From: the human T2T-CHM13v2.0 reference genome, Homo sapiens
DNA: 64,000 nt
Assembly: GCF_009914755.1 (NCBI RefSeq)
Contig: NC_060933.1
Strand: one strand, 5' to 3'
Of the stretch, positions 1-13,399 are shown in pieces. The position numbers and the translations under genes were made by a program. How positions within the stretch are numbered: position 1 is the stretch's first letter; each line of letters starts with the position of its first letter. Under the pieces are notes generated by a model. That model was not told the DNA's origin, ran no database searches, and worked only from the letters and a program-made list of their open reading frames with translations.

Positions 1-708
1 TTATAGGCTATAGTGTGATGTTTTTATACCTGTACACATTGTGTAATGATTGAATCAAGGCATTTAGTTTATCCATCATCTCAAACATTTATCATTTTTT
101 TGTAATGAGAATGTTCAGAACCTTCTCTTCTAATTATATTGATGTATACATGTAATATTTTTTAACTATAGTCATTCTATCTTATTATACTTCCTACCTG
201 TAACTGTACATTTTGCCCCATCTCTTCCCATATCCTCCTTCCCTTTACCCTCCTCAGCCTCTTGTAACCACTATTCTATTCTGTACATCCATGAAATAAG
301 TTTTCTTAAATTCTGAAAGTGAGTGAAATCATGTGATATTTATCTTTTTGTGCCTGGATTATTTTATTTAATATGATGTCCTCCAGATTTATCCTTGTTG
401 CCAATGCCACAAGTGACAGGATTTCATCTTTATTTTATGACCAAATAGGATTCCATTGTGTATATATACGACATTTTCTTTGTCCATTCATCTGTTGATG
501 GACACTTAGGTTGATTCCATATCTCGGCTATTGTGAATAGTGCTTCAATAAACATGACAGTTCAGATATCTCTTAGCCATACTGATTTCATTTCTTTTGG
601 ATAAGTGAGATTACTGGATTATATGGTAGTTCTATCTTTAATTTTCTGGAAACCTCCATTTTGCTTTACATAATGGCTGTAGTAATTTACATTCCCACCA
701 ACAGCATA

Positions 709-2712
709 CAGGCATGCCTTGTTTTATTGTGCTTCACCTTATTGTTCTCCACGGATATTGCATTTTTCAAAAATTTAAGGTTGATGACAATCTTGTGTCA
801 AGCAAGTCTATCCATGCCATTTTTCAAAAGTATGTGCTCACTTCGTGCCATTATGTCACACTTTGGTAATTGTCACAATATTTCAAATTGTTAAATTATC
901 ATCATATCTGTTATAATATTATATCTGTTATGACATTATGACATGATTTTGTCATTACTAAATAATTATTATTATGTCATTATTATGACATTATTACAGA
1001 CATGTATTCAGTGATCTTTGATATTACCATTGTAATTGTTTTTAGGACACCATGAACCACACCCATATAAGATGACAAACTTAATGGATAAATTTTGTGT
1101 GTATTCTGACTGCTCCAGTGACCAGTTGTTCTTTTATCTCTCTTCTTCTATTCAGGTCTCCCTATTCTCTGAGACACAAGAATATTGAAATTAGGCCAAT
1201 TAATAACCCTACAATGGCCTCTAAGTGTTCAAATGAAAACAAAGTTGCATGTCTCTGACTTTAAATAAAAAGCTAGAAATGATTAAGCTTAGTAAAGGGA
1301 CATGTCAAAAGCTGAGATAGGCCAAAAGCTAGTCTCTTGCATCAAACAGACAAGTTGTAAATGCAAAGGAAAGGTTCTTGAAGGTAGTTAAAATTGCTAC
1401 TTCAGGGAACACATGAATGATAAGGAAGTGAAACAATATTATTGCTGATATGAAGAAAGTTTTAGTGGTCTACTTAGATTAAACCAGCCACAATATTTCC
1501 TTAAGTCAAAACCTAATCCAGGGCAAGTCCCTAACTCTCTTTAATTCTATGAAGGCTGAGAAAGGTAAGGAAGCTGCAAAAGAAAAGTCTGAAGCTAGCA
1601 GGAATTGTTTCATTAAGTTTAAGAGAAGTCCTCTCCATGACATAAAAGTGCAAGGTGAAGCAGAAAGAGTTAATGTAGAACCTGCAGCGAGTTACCCAGA
1701 AGACCTAGCTGCTAAGATAATTCAAGAAGTTGGCTACCCTAAATAACAGATTTTCATTAAAGACAAAATAGCCTTATACTGAAAAATATTCCATCTAGGA
1801 CTTTCTTAGCTAGAAAGTAGAAGTCAATGCCTGGCTTCAAAGTTTCAAAGGACAGGCTGACTCTTGTTAGGAGGTAATGTAGTTGATGACTTTAGGTTGA
1901 AGCCAGTGTGCATTAACCATTCCAAAACTACTAGTGCCTTAAGAATTATACTGAATCTTCTTTGCTTGTGTTCTATAAATGGAACAATGAAGCATGGATC
2001 ACAGCACATGTGTTTATAAAATGGTTTACTGAATATTTTAAGCTCACTGTTGAGACCTACTGCTCAAAAAAATATTTTTTCAAAATATTACTGTCACTGA
2101 CAATGCATCTGGTCACCCAAGAATCCTGATGGAGATGTATAAGGAGATTAACATTTTCATGCTTGCTAACCTATCATCTATTTTGCAGCCCATAGAGCAA
2201 AGAGTCATTTTGACTTACAAGTTTTATTATTTAAGAAATACATTTCATAAGGCTATAGCTGCATAGATAGGGATTGCACTGAAGCATGCAGACAAAGTAA
2301 AATGAAAAATTTCTGGAAATAATTCACCATTTTAGATGCCAAAAAGAACACTTGTGATTCATGGGAGAAGCTCAAAACAACATTAACGGGAGCTTGGAAG
2401 AAGTTGATTTCAATCATCTTGGATGGCTTTAAGGAGTTCAAGACATCAGTGGAGAAAGTAACTGCAGACTTGGTAGAAAAAGCAAGAGAACTTGAATTAA
2501 AAGTGGAACATGATGATGTGACTGAATTGCTGCAATCTGCTGATAAAATGTCAACCAATGAAGAGTTGTTTCTTATGAATGAGCAAAGAAAGTAGGTTAT
2601 TGTTATGGAATCTACTCCTGGTGAAGATTCTATGAACATAATTTAAATGAAAATAACATATTTAGAATATCATGTAAGCTTAGTTAATAAAGCAATGGCA
2701 TGGTGTGAAAAC
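709..2712 (+). mobile_element. Tigger1 (TcMar-Tigger) DNA transposon, 3'-truncated, with degraded transposase
   Basis: Starts TA|CAGGCATGCCTTGTTTTATTG (TA target plus left TIR). Transposase ATG at 1214 (ATGGCCTCTAAGTGTTCA). ORF remnants 1549..1746 and 2404..2595 ([24 protein letters not shown]) are Tigger1 transposase-like. No right TIR is seen. Confidence 0.93.
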
Positions 2713-5611
2713 CATGATGGTATTCTCCCACATTTTCATGTAGCAGTTTTTATGGTTTAGGATCTTACATTTAAGCACCTAATCCATTTTGAGTTGATTT
2801 ATGTATATGATGAGAGAGAATGGTCTAATTCTGCTGCATGTAGATATCCAATTTTCTCACCATTTAGTGAAGAGATTTTTCTTCCTCCAATGTGTGTTCT
2901 TTGTGACTTTGTCAAAAATCAGTTGGCTGAAAGTGTGCAGATTTGCCTCTCTGTTCTCTGTTCTATTTCATTGGTCTTTATGTCTATTTGAATGCTAATA
3001 CCATACTGTTTTGGTTACCATAGCTTTGTAGTATATTTTTAAATCAGGTAGTGTAATACCTCCAGCTTTGTTCTTTTTGCTCAAGATTGCTTTGGCTATT
3101 TGGGATATTTTGTGGTTCCATACAAATTTAGAATTGTTTTCTATTTTTGTGAAGAATGCTATTGATATTTCGATAGAGATTTCTTTGAATCTGTAGATTG
3201 CTTTGGGTGAACGGACATTTTAATAATATTAATTCTTCCAAGCCATACAAATGGGGTATCTTTTCATATATTTTTGTCCCCTTCAATTTTTAAAATCAAT
3301 GTTTTATAGTTTCTATTGTAAAGTTCTTTCACCTTCTTGATTAAATTTATTCCTAAGTGTGCATTTTCTTTTAATTTTCTTGCAGCTATTGTAAATGGTA
3401 TCTTAATATCTTTCTTTAGATAGTTTGCTATGGTGATATATAAGTGCTGCTGTGTTTTGCATGTTAATTTTGTATCCTGAAAATGTACTGTATTTGTTTA
3501 TTAGTTCTAACTGTTTTTAGTGGAGTCTTTGGGGTTTTTTTTAATATGTAAGATTATGTCACTTCAAACAGGAAACATTTACTGTCTCCTTTGTAATTTG
3601 CATGTCTTTATTTCTTTGTTTTGCCTTATTGCTCTAGCTAGGAATTCCAGTACTCAGCTGAATAAAAGTGGTGAAAGTAGGCATCCTTGTCTTGTTCCAG
3701 ATCTTTGGGAAAAGGTTTCATGTTTTCCCTATTCAGTATGATGTTACTTGTGAGTTTGTCATATATGGCTTTCATTATATGGAGGTATGTTTCTTCTATA
3801 ATTAAAGGAATTCCCTCCAATTTTTGAAATCATTTGAAAAAAATGATGTTAATTTTTCTTTTAGTGTTTGATATAATTCACCAGTTAAGCCCTCAGGTTC
3901 TGGGCTTTTCTTTGATGAAAGACTTTTTATTATTGACTTAATCTTTTTCCATGTTATTGATTTGTTTAGATTTTCTATTTCTTCATGATTCAGTCTTGGT
4001 AGATTGTATGCACCTAGGCATTTATCAGTTTCTTCTAGATTATCCAATTTGTTGCCATATAATTGCTCATAGTAGTCTCTTATGATGATTTTTATTTCTG
4101 TGATATCAGTTGTAATGTTTCCCCATTCATTTCTGATTTTACTTAATTGAGTCTTCTCTCTATTTTCTTAGTCTAGCTAAAGGGTTTTCATTTTTATCTT
4201 TTCAAAAAACTATTCGTTTCACTGATCTTTTATATGTTTTCATCTCTATTTTGTTTATTTTTGCTCTGATCCCTACTATTTACTTCCTTCTACTAATTTT
4301 GGGTTTAGTTCATTCTTGTTTTTCCAATTCATTTTGCTGCAATATTAGATTGTTTATTTGAGACCTTTCTAAATTTTTGATGTGTTTGTCTTAAAGCTGC
4401 TTTTGCTGTAGCTCATAGGTTTTGGTATGTTGTGTTTCCATTTTCATTTTTCTAAAGAAATTTTTTAATTTCTTAAAAATTTTTTTATTGATGGAGTCAC
4501 TATTTAGGAGTAGGTTGTTTAGTTTACATGTGTTGGTATAGCTTCCAAAGTTCCTTCTGTTATTAATTTCTAGTTTTATTCTATTACAGTCTGAAAAAAT
4601 ACTTGATCAGACTTTGATATTGAAAAACTTACTAATACTTGTTTTGTCGCCTATCACGTTATCATTTTTGGAGAAAGATCCATGTGATGATAAGAAGAAT
4701 GTGTATTCTGAAACTGTTGAATGGAATGTTCTGTAAATATCTCTTAGCTCCCTTTGATATAAAGTGCAGCTTAAAACTGACGTTTCTTTGTTAATTTTAT
4801 GTGTGGGTTTGGATGAACTGTTCATTGCTGAAATTGGAGTGTGAAAGTCCCCTATCATTATTGTATTGCAGTCTACTTTCCAGTTAGATCTAATAATCTT
4901 TGCTTTATATATCTGTGTGTTCTGGTGTTCAGCTTATATATATTTATAATTGTTATGCCTTCTTGCTGAATTGGCCTCTTCATTATTATATAATAATCAT
5001 AATTTTCTCTTTTTATAGTCTTCATTTTAAAGTTTATTCTATCTGATACAAATATAGTGACTCTTGCTCGCTTTGGTTTTCATTTGCATAGAATATTACT
5101 TTCCATACCCTTTATTTTCAGTTAATATGTGCCCTTACCAGTGAAAGCCATCTCTTGTAGGCAGCATAGAGTGAGTCCTGTTTGTCTTTCTTTTTCAATA
5201 CATTCATTCACTCTGTATCTTTTTATTGGAGAGTTTAATCCATTTACAAAGTTATTTTTGATAGCTAAATACTTATTTATGCCATTTAGTTGATTGTTTT
5301 CTGTTATTTTGTAGACCTTTTCTTTCTCTTTTGTTTTTTACTTTTGTTTGGTGGTTTTCTATAGTGATAATCTTAGACTCTTTTCTCTTTTTCATTTGTG
5401 TTTCTGCTGTCATTTTTTATTTTCTTTGTAGTTCCACTGAGGCTTATATAACAAATCTCATAGTTATAGAAGACTATTTTAAATTGGTAACAATTTAACT
5501 TTGGTTACACACAAGTATTCTAGACTTTTACTCTCTTCCACAAAATTGGTAATTTTGTTGCCTTAATTTACATCTTTTTATACTGTGCATTCCTTAAAAC
5601 TCTGTAGCTAT

Positions 5612-6280
5612 AGTTTTTTTATTATTTTTATTTTTTATTACACTTGAAGTTCTGGGATACATGTGCAGAATTTTCAGATTTGTTACAAAGGTATACACGT
5701 GCCATGCTGGTTTGCTGCACCCATTAACCCGTCATCTAGGTTTTAAGCCCTGCATGCATTAGGTATTTCTTCTAAACCCCTCCCTCTTCTTGCTCCCTAC
5801 CCCACTGGCAGGCCCTGGTGTGTGATGTTCCCCTCTCTGTGTCCATGTGTTCTCATTGTTCAACTTCCACTTATGAGTGAGAACATGCAGTGTTTGGATT
5901 TCTGTTCCTGTGTTAGTTTGCTGTCAATGATGGTTTCCAGCTTCATCCATGTCCCTGCAAAGGACATGAACTCATTCTTTTTTATGGTTGTATAGTATTC
6001 CATGGTGTATATGGGCCACATTTTCTTTATCCAGTCTATCATTGATGAGTAGTTGGGTTGGTTCCGAGTCTTTGCTATTGGGAATAGTGCTGCAATAAAC
6101 ATATGTGTGCATGTGTCTTTATGGTAGAATGATTTATAATCCTTTGGGTAGATATCCAGTAATGGGTTGCTGGGTCAAATGCTACTTCTGGTTCTAGATC
6201 CTTGAGGAATTGCCACACTGTCTTCCACAATGGTTGAACAAATTTACACTCCCAACAGTGTAAAAGCATTTCTGTTTCTG
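5612..6280 (-). mobile_element. L1PA (about L1PA7/8-like) 3' fragment nested in the L1MA
   Basis: T-rich tail, then AAGTTCTGGGATACATGTGCAG...CATGCATTAGGTATTT. Track ORF 5860..6102 is the ORF2 C-terminus (MFIAALF...GTWMKLETII). Possible degenerate TSD GCTATA(G/T)TT at 5607 and 6281. Confidence 0.92.
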
Positions 6281-8550
6281 GCTATATTTATAGTTGACCA
6301 TTTTGACTTCTCAAATTCACACTGGAGATTTAAAACATTGCATATCACCATTACAGTAATCTGAATTTTATTATGCATTTATTTGTACAGTTGAATTTTA
6401 TACTTTCATATGATTTTGGTAGCAATTAATGTTCTTTTGCTTCTGGTTAAAGCACTCCCTTACAGATTTCTTGTAAGGCTGGTCTAGTCATGATAATTTC
6501 CTTCAGCTTTTGCTTGTCTGAAAAAGACTTTTTTCTCCTTCATTTCTGAAAGATAGCTTTGCTGGAAATAGTGTCCCTGACTGACAGTACTTTGTTGTTG
6601 TTGCTGTTTTCAGCACTTTGAAATATCTCATTCTCTCTTGGCTTGCAAAGTTTTTGCTGAGAAATCTACTAATAGTCTAATCAAGATTGCCTTATATATG
6701 ACTTGATATTTCTGTTTTGCTGATTTTTTAATTATCTTTTTGTCTTTGATTTTTGACAGTTTAATCATAATGTGCCTTGGAGAGGACCTCTAATTAGGTA
6801 TTTTGAGCTTCATCAATCTGAATGTCTATATCACTCCCTAAAATTGGGAAATTTTCAGCTGTTATTTCCTTACTAATCTTTTTGTACCTTTCTTGTTTTC
6901 TTTTTTTTCTAGAACTTCCATAATACAGATAACTGTTATCTTAATGGTGTCCATTTTCAATGGTGTCCATTTTCATTCATTTTTCTTTTTCATCTTACTT
7001 AGTTATTTTATATGATTTGTCTGTAGCTCAGGAATTATTTCTTCTGCTTGATCTAGTCTGCTGCTGAAGCTCTCAATTATATTTTTAAATCTGTTTCATT
7101 GACATATTTCTTGCCAAGATTTCCATTTCTTAAGTGCTTATAATATCTATCTCTTTGTTGAATTTATCAGTCAGATCAGGAATTGCTTTCCTGATTTTAT
7201 TGAATTATCTGTCTCCTGTGCCTTGCTGAGTTTTCTTAAGACCATTATTTTGAATTTTTTCAGGCAATTCATACATTTCATTGATGGTGTGTCAGTTACT
7301 GAAGAGTTATTGTCTTACTTTGTTGGTATTATATTTTCTTGCTTTTTCATGTTTTATTTTTCCTCTGTTGATACTTGTGCATCTTAAAGAATGGTTAGCT
7401 CTTCCAATTTTATAGAATGGCTGTTGTATTAAAATATTTTTACCTGCAAATATGTTCTAGGGTTTCAGTTAGGCAGGATGTGCTGGCTTTGGTTTTGCAT
7501 GGGAGTATTAGTGTAGTCTCCGTGCAGTTTCTTCAGCTATAGTCAAAGTCAGGGAAGTCTGTGAGTGCCTTAGTGGCCTAGGCTGTAGGAGTTGCTATGA
7601 TTGCTGGGGCACTACCTCTCTGCTGAGGGTGAGAGTGAGGGGATGCTCTGAATGCTGTGGGTGTGCAGGGACTTCTTTGCTACTGGTATGCCTACCTGAT
7701 GGGGTTTGAAGCACCAGGCTGTTCCATCAGGCCCTAAAGCTATTCAGTAGCTGTTTTGCTGCCATGTTTGTCATGGTCTCTCTGTTGAGCATAGCCACTT
7801 GATTTTGGGGAAAGAACACCTTATCAGCTCAGTTGTTAGTGTTCTGTTCTGCTAAGCATAGGATCTGAGTAGTTGGGGTTGGGCTGCTGTAGTCACTGGA
7901 ATGAGGAAGATGGAGTGCCTTTTAGGCAGTTTATTCCCGGGGGTCAGGAGCTATAGTAACTTCTCAGCTGGGGAATGATACACTACCATTTGTGAGCTTA
8001 ATATAAGGGCAGCAGAGCCTCAGGAAAAGGGAGATGCACTGACTACTGTCTTCTGTCATAAGACATACTCTCACAATGGCTCTGATCTCTAGATAATGTC
8101 TTACAGCCACAGCAGTTTGCATCACAGTGGAGACGGGGCACAAAATAGGCTCCATCTTTGGAATTATGCAACCATGTGGGCTTTTTTGGCAGCTCCCTAT
8201 ACTGGGCTCAGGGCCTGGGAGGACTGCAGGGTTCTTCTGCAGCAAAGACTGTAGGTCTCTGCAGCTTTCATGGAGGTTGCTGGGGAGCCTCCTGCTTACC
8301 TTTCTTTGCAGAGAGAGTTCCTCCTGGTTCAGAGCCAATCCAAACTGAGAAAGTGGAGACAGGTGGCAAAGGCAGGGTGTTTTGTTCCCTTTTACATGCA
8401 TCTATCCTGAGTCTCTGTGCTCTACAGGATTTCTGGCACTCCCCTGCTGTACTAAAGTGCTTTCCTTCAAATACTCCATCAAAATATCGTTGTTTGTTTA
8501 TATTTTTGGTCTTTTTTGTGGGGGAGACAAGCATTAGATACCTCCAGTCA

Positions 8551-8559
8551 GCCATCTTG
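8551..8559 (-). promoter_or_regulatory. YY1-type site (CAAGATGGC) at the L1 5' end
   Basis: GCCATCTTG on the plus strand, at the position where L1 5' ends carry the YY1 core. Confidence 0.5.
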
Positions 8560-9499
8560 CTAATGCCACCTGAGAATTAACTTTTTTTTCTAAATTAAGT
8601 ATATGGGGACAATAAGTCTCTCTCTAGAGTTTTGTGAGCATTGGAGATAATGTTTATAAGCTGTATGGTTAATGGTAGTTGCTCAAATAATGCCCTTGAT
8701 GATAATGATGGAATGTAGATAATGATATGATGAGGGTAAGAATGCCTACATGGATGATGAATTAGGGGATGTAAGACATACACAGATAGCAATAATAATG
8801 TAAGGCTGGATGTTATGAGTACCTTAACAGAAATTTACTTATTTCACAATGGAATGACAAAAAAGAAACATATAGGTTTACATATTAGTATTAAGAGAAA
8901 TGTTGCACTAATTTAGAAAATGATAACTCAAAATAGCAAATGTATGCCCTGGTTACAAATATGCAGAAGCATACATATATGTTAAGAGGCATCTAAAATG
9001 ATTTGATATAATTTGTATATTTTTTCTATAGACTTATTTTACTCTGTGGTAAAACATATGCAATGATACCTACACACACATCTATGCACACTCACACAGT
9101 CACCTAGTGGGCTTTTTCTATGTTAAGAGGCCTTTTCTTCATACTAACCTTGGTTTCTAGAGCAAAGAACTCATTACCAGTCAAGGCTGTTTTGGAAGCT
9201 ATGACAAATGAATCCATGGCTTTGGTCTAGTTTCTAATGGACGTGTGTCCTGTTGACAAATATCTCCTTTCACAATGGGCATACTTGGATCACTCAGCTG
9301 TCAGATCACTATCAAGGGAAAAAGAATCAGTCAAGCATCCATCTTCTTTTTGAAATCTGAGACTATCTTCGTGGGCCACAGTGCCCATTTCTGCAAAGCA
9401 ACCTTGGATAGTATGCATGCATTAAGGATAGATGGAAACTTACCTGCAGAGATTCAGAAATTCAAAGATTACAGGAAGAAGGTAGAGATATCAGGAAAA

Positions 9500-9979
9500 T
9501 GTCTTGTGCAAGTTGAAAGTGGCCAGAAGTTACTTGCATCTCCTCCATCAGAATATAGGGTCTTTTTCCACCCTTTGAACTTGGGTTGACCTTGTGACTT
9601 GCTCTGACTAATGTTAAGTAGCAATCATGCAATTGTGAGGTTCCAAGGCCTAAGCCTCAAGATACCTTTAATTATTTTGATTGTTCTTTCAGAAATATTC
9701 TCTGAGACCATTATGCAAGAAAGCTAGAATGGCATTCCAGAAGATAAGATGCCACAAGAAAGAGAACAAAGGAGCCTCAGTTGAGTTTCTGCACCAATTG
9801 TCAGGTGTAGAAGTGTGGGCATCTGGGAGCTTCTAACATACTTGAATGTACTTGCTTGAAATATTCCAGATGAAACCAGCCCAACCAACCATCTGAATTG
9901 TGAGAAATAATAAATCAGTGTTGCTTTAAGTAACTAGGTTAAGGGGTTTCATGTTACACAACAATAGATAACTGATACA
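9500..9979 (+). mobile_element. MLT1-family (ERVL-MaLR) solo LTR
   Basis: Contains CCTTTGAACTTGGGTTGACCTTGTGACTTGCTCTGAC and the typical 3' end GTGAGAAATAATAAAT...CAACAATAGATAACTGATACA. Confidence 0.8.
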
Positions 9980-10319
9980 TTTGGTCATGGGGATCAAGTG
10001 AATTCCATAAGTTCCTTTCTGTTTTCTCCCTGAAAAAGCAATTTAGATAGCAAGACTGGGGTTGGTTACATCTTAAAATATGACATCATGAAGAGGAAAT
10101 GGCCAATGGTTGTGGGTTCCACAATTAAAACAGATTTATTCATTTAATAGCTATTTGGGAATTTAGCCAGCACTTGCATTCCCTCTGTACTCTGAAATTA
10201 GTCCATCTTGTTTGCTTTCTTCTTTCCCACCCCACCTGTCCTCAAATTTTCACTTCCATACTAACCAGGGAGCCACAGAATTTTGCTCTCAGTTATACAG
10301 AGCAATGTGCTCTCTCCTT

Positions 10320-10400
10320 CTCATATTCAATCATTTATTCACTCATCAGCTCACACTCTCACTCATCACATATTTATCAATTACTTACTTTATGTGAGGC
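10320..10400 (-). mobile_element. L2 3'-end fragment
   Basis: TCATT-like tail followed by TATTTATCAATTACTTACTTTATGTGAGGC. Confidence 0.5.
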
Positions 10401-10751
10401 AATATGCAGGGGATATTTCTTTTTTACCATAGGTAAAAAAAAATCATGTCATGGTTGCATATTCCAAATCCATTATTGTGCCTAGCTGGGAAAGTAAATA
10501 AATGAAATAAACTTTCTTTTCAAAGTACTCACCCTATTTAAAAGAAAAATTTGGTTATAAAACTGGTATTTTCTTATACTACATGTATCTATGTATATGT
10601 GCACACATGTTTAAGTGTATTATGTAGTATATGTGTATTATATGCAGTTTCATATGAGTTTATGCATTTTGGGGTATTCATAAGTGTGCATAGATGAGAA
10701 TGCATATATTTTAGTTGCCATATGCCAGTTGGTATAGCGTATGAGTTTTAA

Positions 10752-10775
10752 TGTGTGTGTGTGTGTGTGTGTGTG
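10752..10775. repeat. (TG)12 microsatellite
   Basis: Read directly. Confidence 0.95.
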
Positions 10776-10801
10776 CTTATAAGTGGAAAAAAGTACAAGC
10801 A

Positions 10802-11106
10802 GGCTAGGGATAGTGGCTCATGCCTGTAATCTCAGCACTTTGGAAAGCCAAGCCAGGTGGACTGCTTGAGCCCAGAAGTTCTAGACCAGCCGGGGCAACA
10901 TAGAGAAACCCCATCTCTACATAAAATACAAAAATTAGCTGGCTGTGATGGCATGAGCATGTGGTCCCAGATACTATGGAGCCTTAGGTGGGAGGATCAC
11001 CTGAGCCTGGGGGTCAAAGCTATAGTGGGCTAAGATTGCACCACTGCACTCCAGCCTGGGTGGCTGAGTGAGACTCTGTAGCAAGTAAAATAAAATAAAA
11101 TAAAAA
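10802..11106 (+). mobile_element. AluJ-like SINE
   Basis: GGCTAGGGATAGTGGCTCATGCCTGTAATC...CACTCCAGCCTGGG with a (TAAAA)n tail. J-type GCTTGAGCCCAG. Confidence 0.93.
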
Positions 11107-12145
11107 GAGTAAATGAAGAAAATATGCATTTAATATGGATACATTATGACTTGAGTGTACGTGAATATGTGTATGTAAGCACGTATATGTGTATGAGAAA
11201 GAGAGGAGGAAAACACATTGGATAAAGAATTCAGAAACAAAAGTTGGTTCATTTTCTATATGTTTCTAATGAAGTAGCGGCTCCTCATGTCTTTGTTTTA
11301 GGCATCCCTGCCTTGACGTTCCTGAAAGCATCAAAAATAGGAAGAGAAAAGATGGTCCCCGAACTTCTAATATCCTCTAAATTTCAGTATTCTATTTATT
11401 CATCTCTAAACTTCACTCCTGGGCATTAAAGATCTCTAAAAGAAGTCTGTAGCCATCATTTAAATAAAAAGATCAAACCCATCAGTATCATTATGAACAA
11501 TCAACAAGGAAATATTGAGAAGGAAGATGTAAATAAGTTAGTATTAAACAAAACTGAGCATTGACATTTTATGCTGCTTTTATAGAGACAAACAGATCAC
11601 CAGTCGAGGGCTTTGGTTACATAGGTTAACCCCTGAAATGTGCCACATCAGCTCCACTAATTGAAGATCAGGGAATTTCATTGAACCCATTGATGACATG
11701 GACTGTTGAAAGAATGCCCTTTTTAGGCTGTTAAATGAGCGAGACCTTGGTTAGCAGTCATTACCCTTTTGGAATGAATTACTTGCTTCTTTTTCATACT
11801 GCACCCTTAGGAAGTCTTAATGGGCGTATGTGTTTTATTTTTCTAGATTTAGCAATCACACAAGATAATGATTCAACAAGGTCTCCATTGTCTTACCTTG
11901 GAGACCCCTGCCTGCTCAATATGTTCAACAGTTATGTTTGGGAGGTCCCAGTCTCATCAAGAAATTTCAACCTCTAACAAACCAAACAAAACTATTATGT
12001 AATTTTGTTGTGTTATCCTCAAAGCAAACTTTTTAAGCATCTGAAACATCCTCAGAAATCTCCCACTCTACTAATCAGCCTTGCTAACAAATAATGTTTA
12101 TGGCACTATTTAAAATAGAACTGTAACAACAAAGAATTTCCCCTT

Positions 12146-12277
12146 TTTAAAAAATTTAATTGAATTTAATTTTTTAAGTTCTGTGGTACACGTGCAGGAT
12201 GTGCAGGTTTGTGACATAGGTAAATGTGTACCATGGTGGTTTGCTGTACCTGTTAAACCATCAGCTAGGTATTAAGT
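12146..12277 (-). mobile_element. Short L1PA 3'-terminal fragment
   Basis: TTTTAAGTTCTGTGGTACACGTGCAGGATGTGCAGGTTTGTGACATAGGTAAATGTG. Confidence 0.85.
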
Positions 12278-12289
12278 CTATTTGCCAGT

Positions 12290-12455
12290 AATACACATGC
12301 ATTATTTCATTTCCTCTTTACAGTATCCATGTAGGTCATTATTATTATCACTATTTCAAAGATGATGAAATGGAGACTCAGAGAGGATTAAGGGACTCAC
12401 AGTGGCATATGATAAGAACCTAGGAAAATCTGGATTAAAATCTAGGTCTGCCTTA
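12290..12455 (-). mobile_element. MIR SINE
   Basis: Reverse MIR core GAAATGGAGACTCAGAGAGG...TAGGTCTGCC. Confidence 0.7.
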
Positions 12456-12459
12456 TATA

Positions 12460-12750
12460 CATTTATTCATTCAGCAAGTATTTGCTGAGCACTGTCCTTA
12501 CACTAGCACTTACTCTAGAAGCTTGGAATACAGCATTGAACAAAACACAAAAATTCCTTCTATGTGAATTGATGACTGGATTTCACAATGTGAATATCAT
12601 TGCTGACCTTGATAAGAACAAGTTTAGTGGTCATGAGTGACTGACATACTGCAAGGGAGGATGAGAGAAAGGGGTTTGAGAAAGGGAGTTAGACAACTTA
12701 GAGAATGCTTTTAGAAAATTTTGCAGTGAAAGGTAGCAGAGGAAAAGACA
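12460..12750 (-). mobile_element. L2 fragments
   Basis: TTCATTCAGCAAGTATTTGCTGAGCAC (reverse L2 3' end) and GCTGACCTTGATAAGAAC. Confidence 0.65.
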
Positions 12751-12787
12751 AAAGGAGTCTCTGTCTTTCTCTCTCTATGTATATAGA

Positions 12788-12789
<2 letters not shown>

Positions 12790-12829
<40 letters not shown>
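12790..12829. repeat. (AT)~20 microsatellite
   Basis: Read directly. Confidence 0.95.
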
Positions 12830-12833
<4 letters not shown>

Positions 12834-13034
12834 CTTCAAATATTTTAACTAAGCAGGAACTAGTGGGCAAGTAGAGGGGTTGGCTTTAGACAGGAACATA
12901 GACAGCAAAAGAAATACTGGGGAATAATGTTAAGGTTCTGGATATCAATTTAGATGGGAGGGATCAAAGAACATGAGTACATAGTTTTATTAGATGGGAC
13001 AGGGAGCTGGGAGCTTATGGAAATTCTCTCTCCG

Positions 13035-13061
13035 TTTCTTTTTCTCTTTCTTTCTCTTTCC

Positions 13062-13120
<59 letters not shown>

Positions 13121-13189
13121 TCATTCTCTTTCTTCTTTCTTTCTTTTTTCTTTTTTCTTTCTTTTCTTTCTTTCTTTCTCTTTCTTTCC
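13035..13189. repeat. (TTTC)n / CT-rich compound microsatellite, probably derived from an Alu tail
   Basis: About 155 bp of almost pure pyrimidines abutting the 3' end of a minus-strand Alu. Confidence 0.93.

Positions 13190-13399
<210 letters not shown>

Larger units (their letters stand above)
1..8575 (-). mobile_element. Near-full-length L1MA-class LINE-1, decayed and interrupted by Tigger1 and an L1PA fragment
   Basis: 1-708 matches the reverse L1MA 3' UTR/ORF2 end. 2715-5600 is ORF2, with track ORFs 3802..4047 ([28 protein letters not shown]) and 4607..4858 (IGDFHTPISAM, endonuclease). 6290-7400 is ORF1-like. The 5' terminus CAAGATGGC lies on the minus strand at 8551-8559. Confidence 0.9.

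Noticed and set aside
1549-2595. ORFs resembling TIGD1/Tigger transposase
   Set aside because: They are fragments of a decayed Tigger1, broken by stops and frameshifts, not a domesticated gene.
3638-6269. Minus-strand ORFs with endonuclease, RT-region or C-terminal motifs
   Set aside because: They are short L1 ORF2 remnants; there is no intact ORF2.
7964-8580. Overlapping 73-145 aa ORFs (possible ORF0-like product)
   Set aside because: They lie in the more GC-rich decayed L1 5' UTR, where stops are rarer, and show no recognisable homology.
11300-11720. Unique-looking stretch with a short open frame, a possible ancient repeat or pseudogene
   Set aside because: I could not match it to any family or protein, so I make no call.
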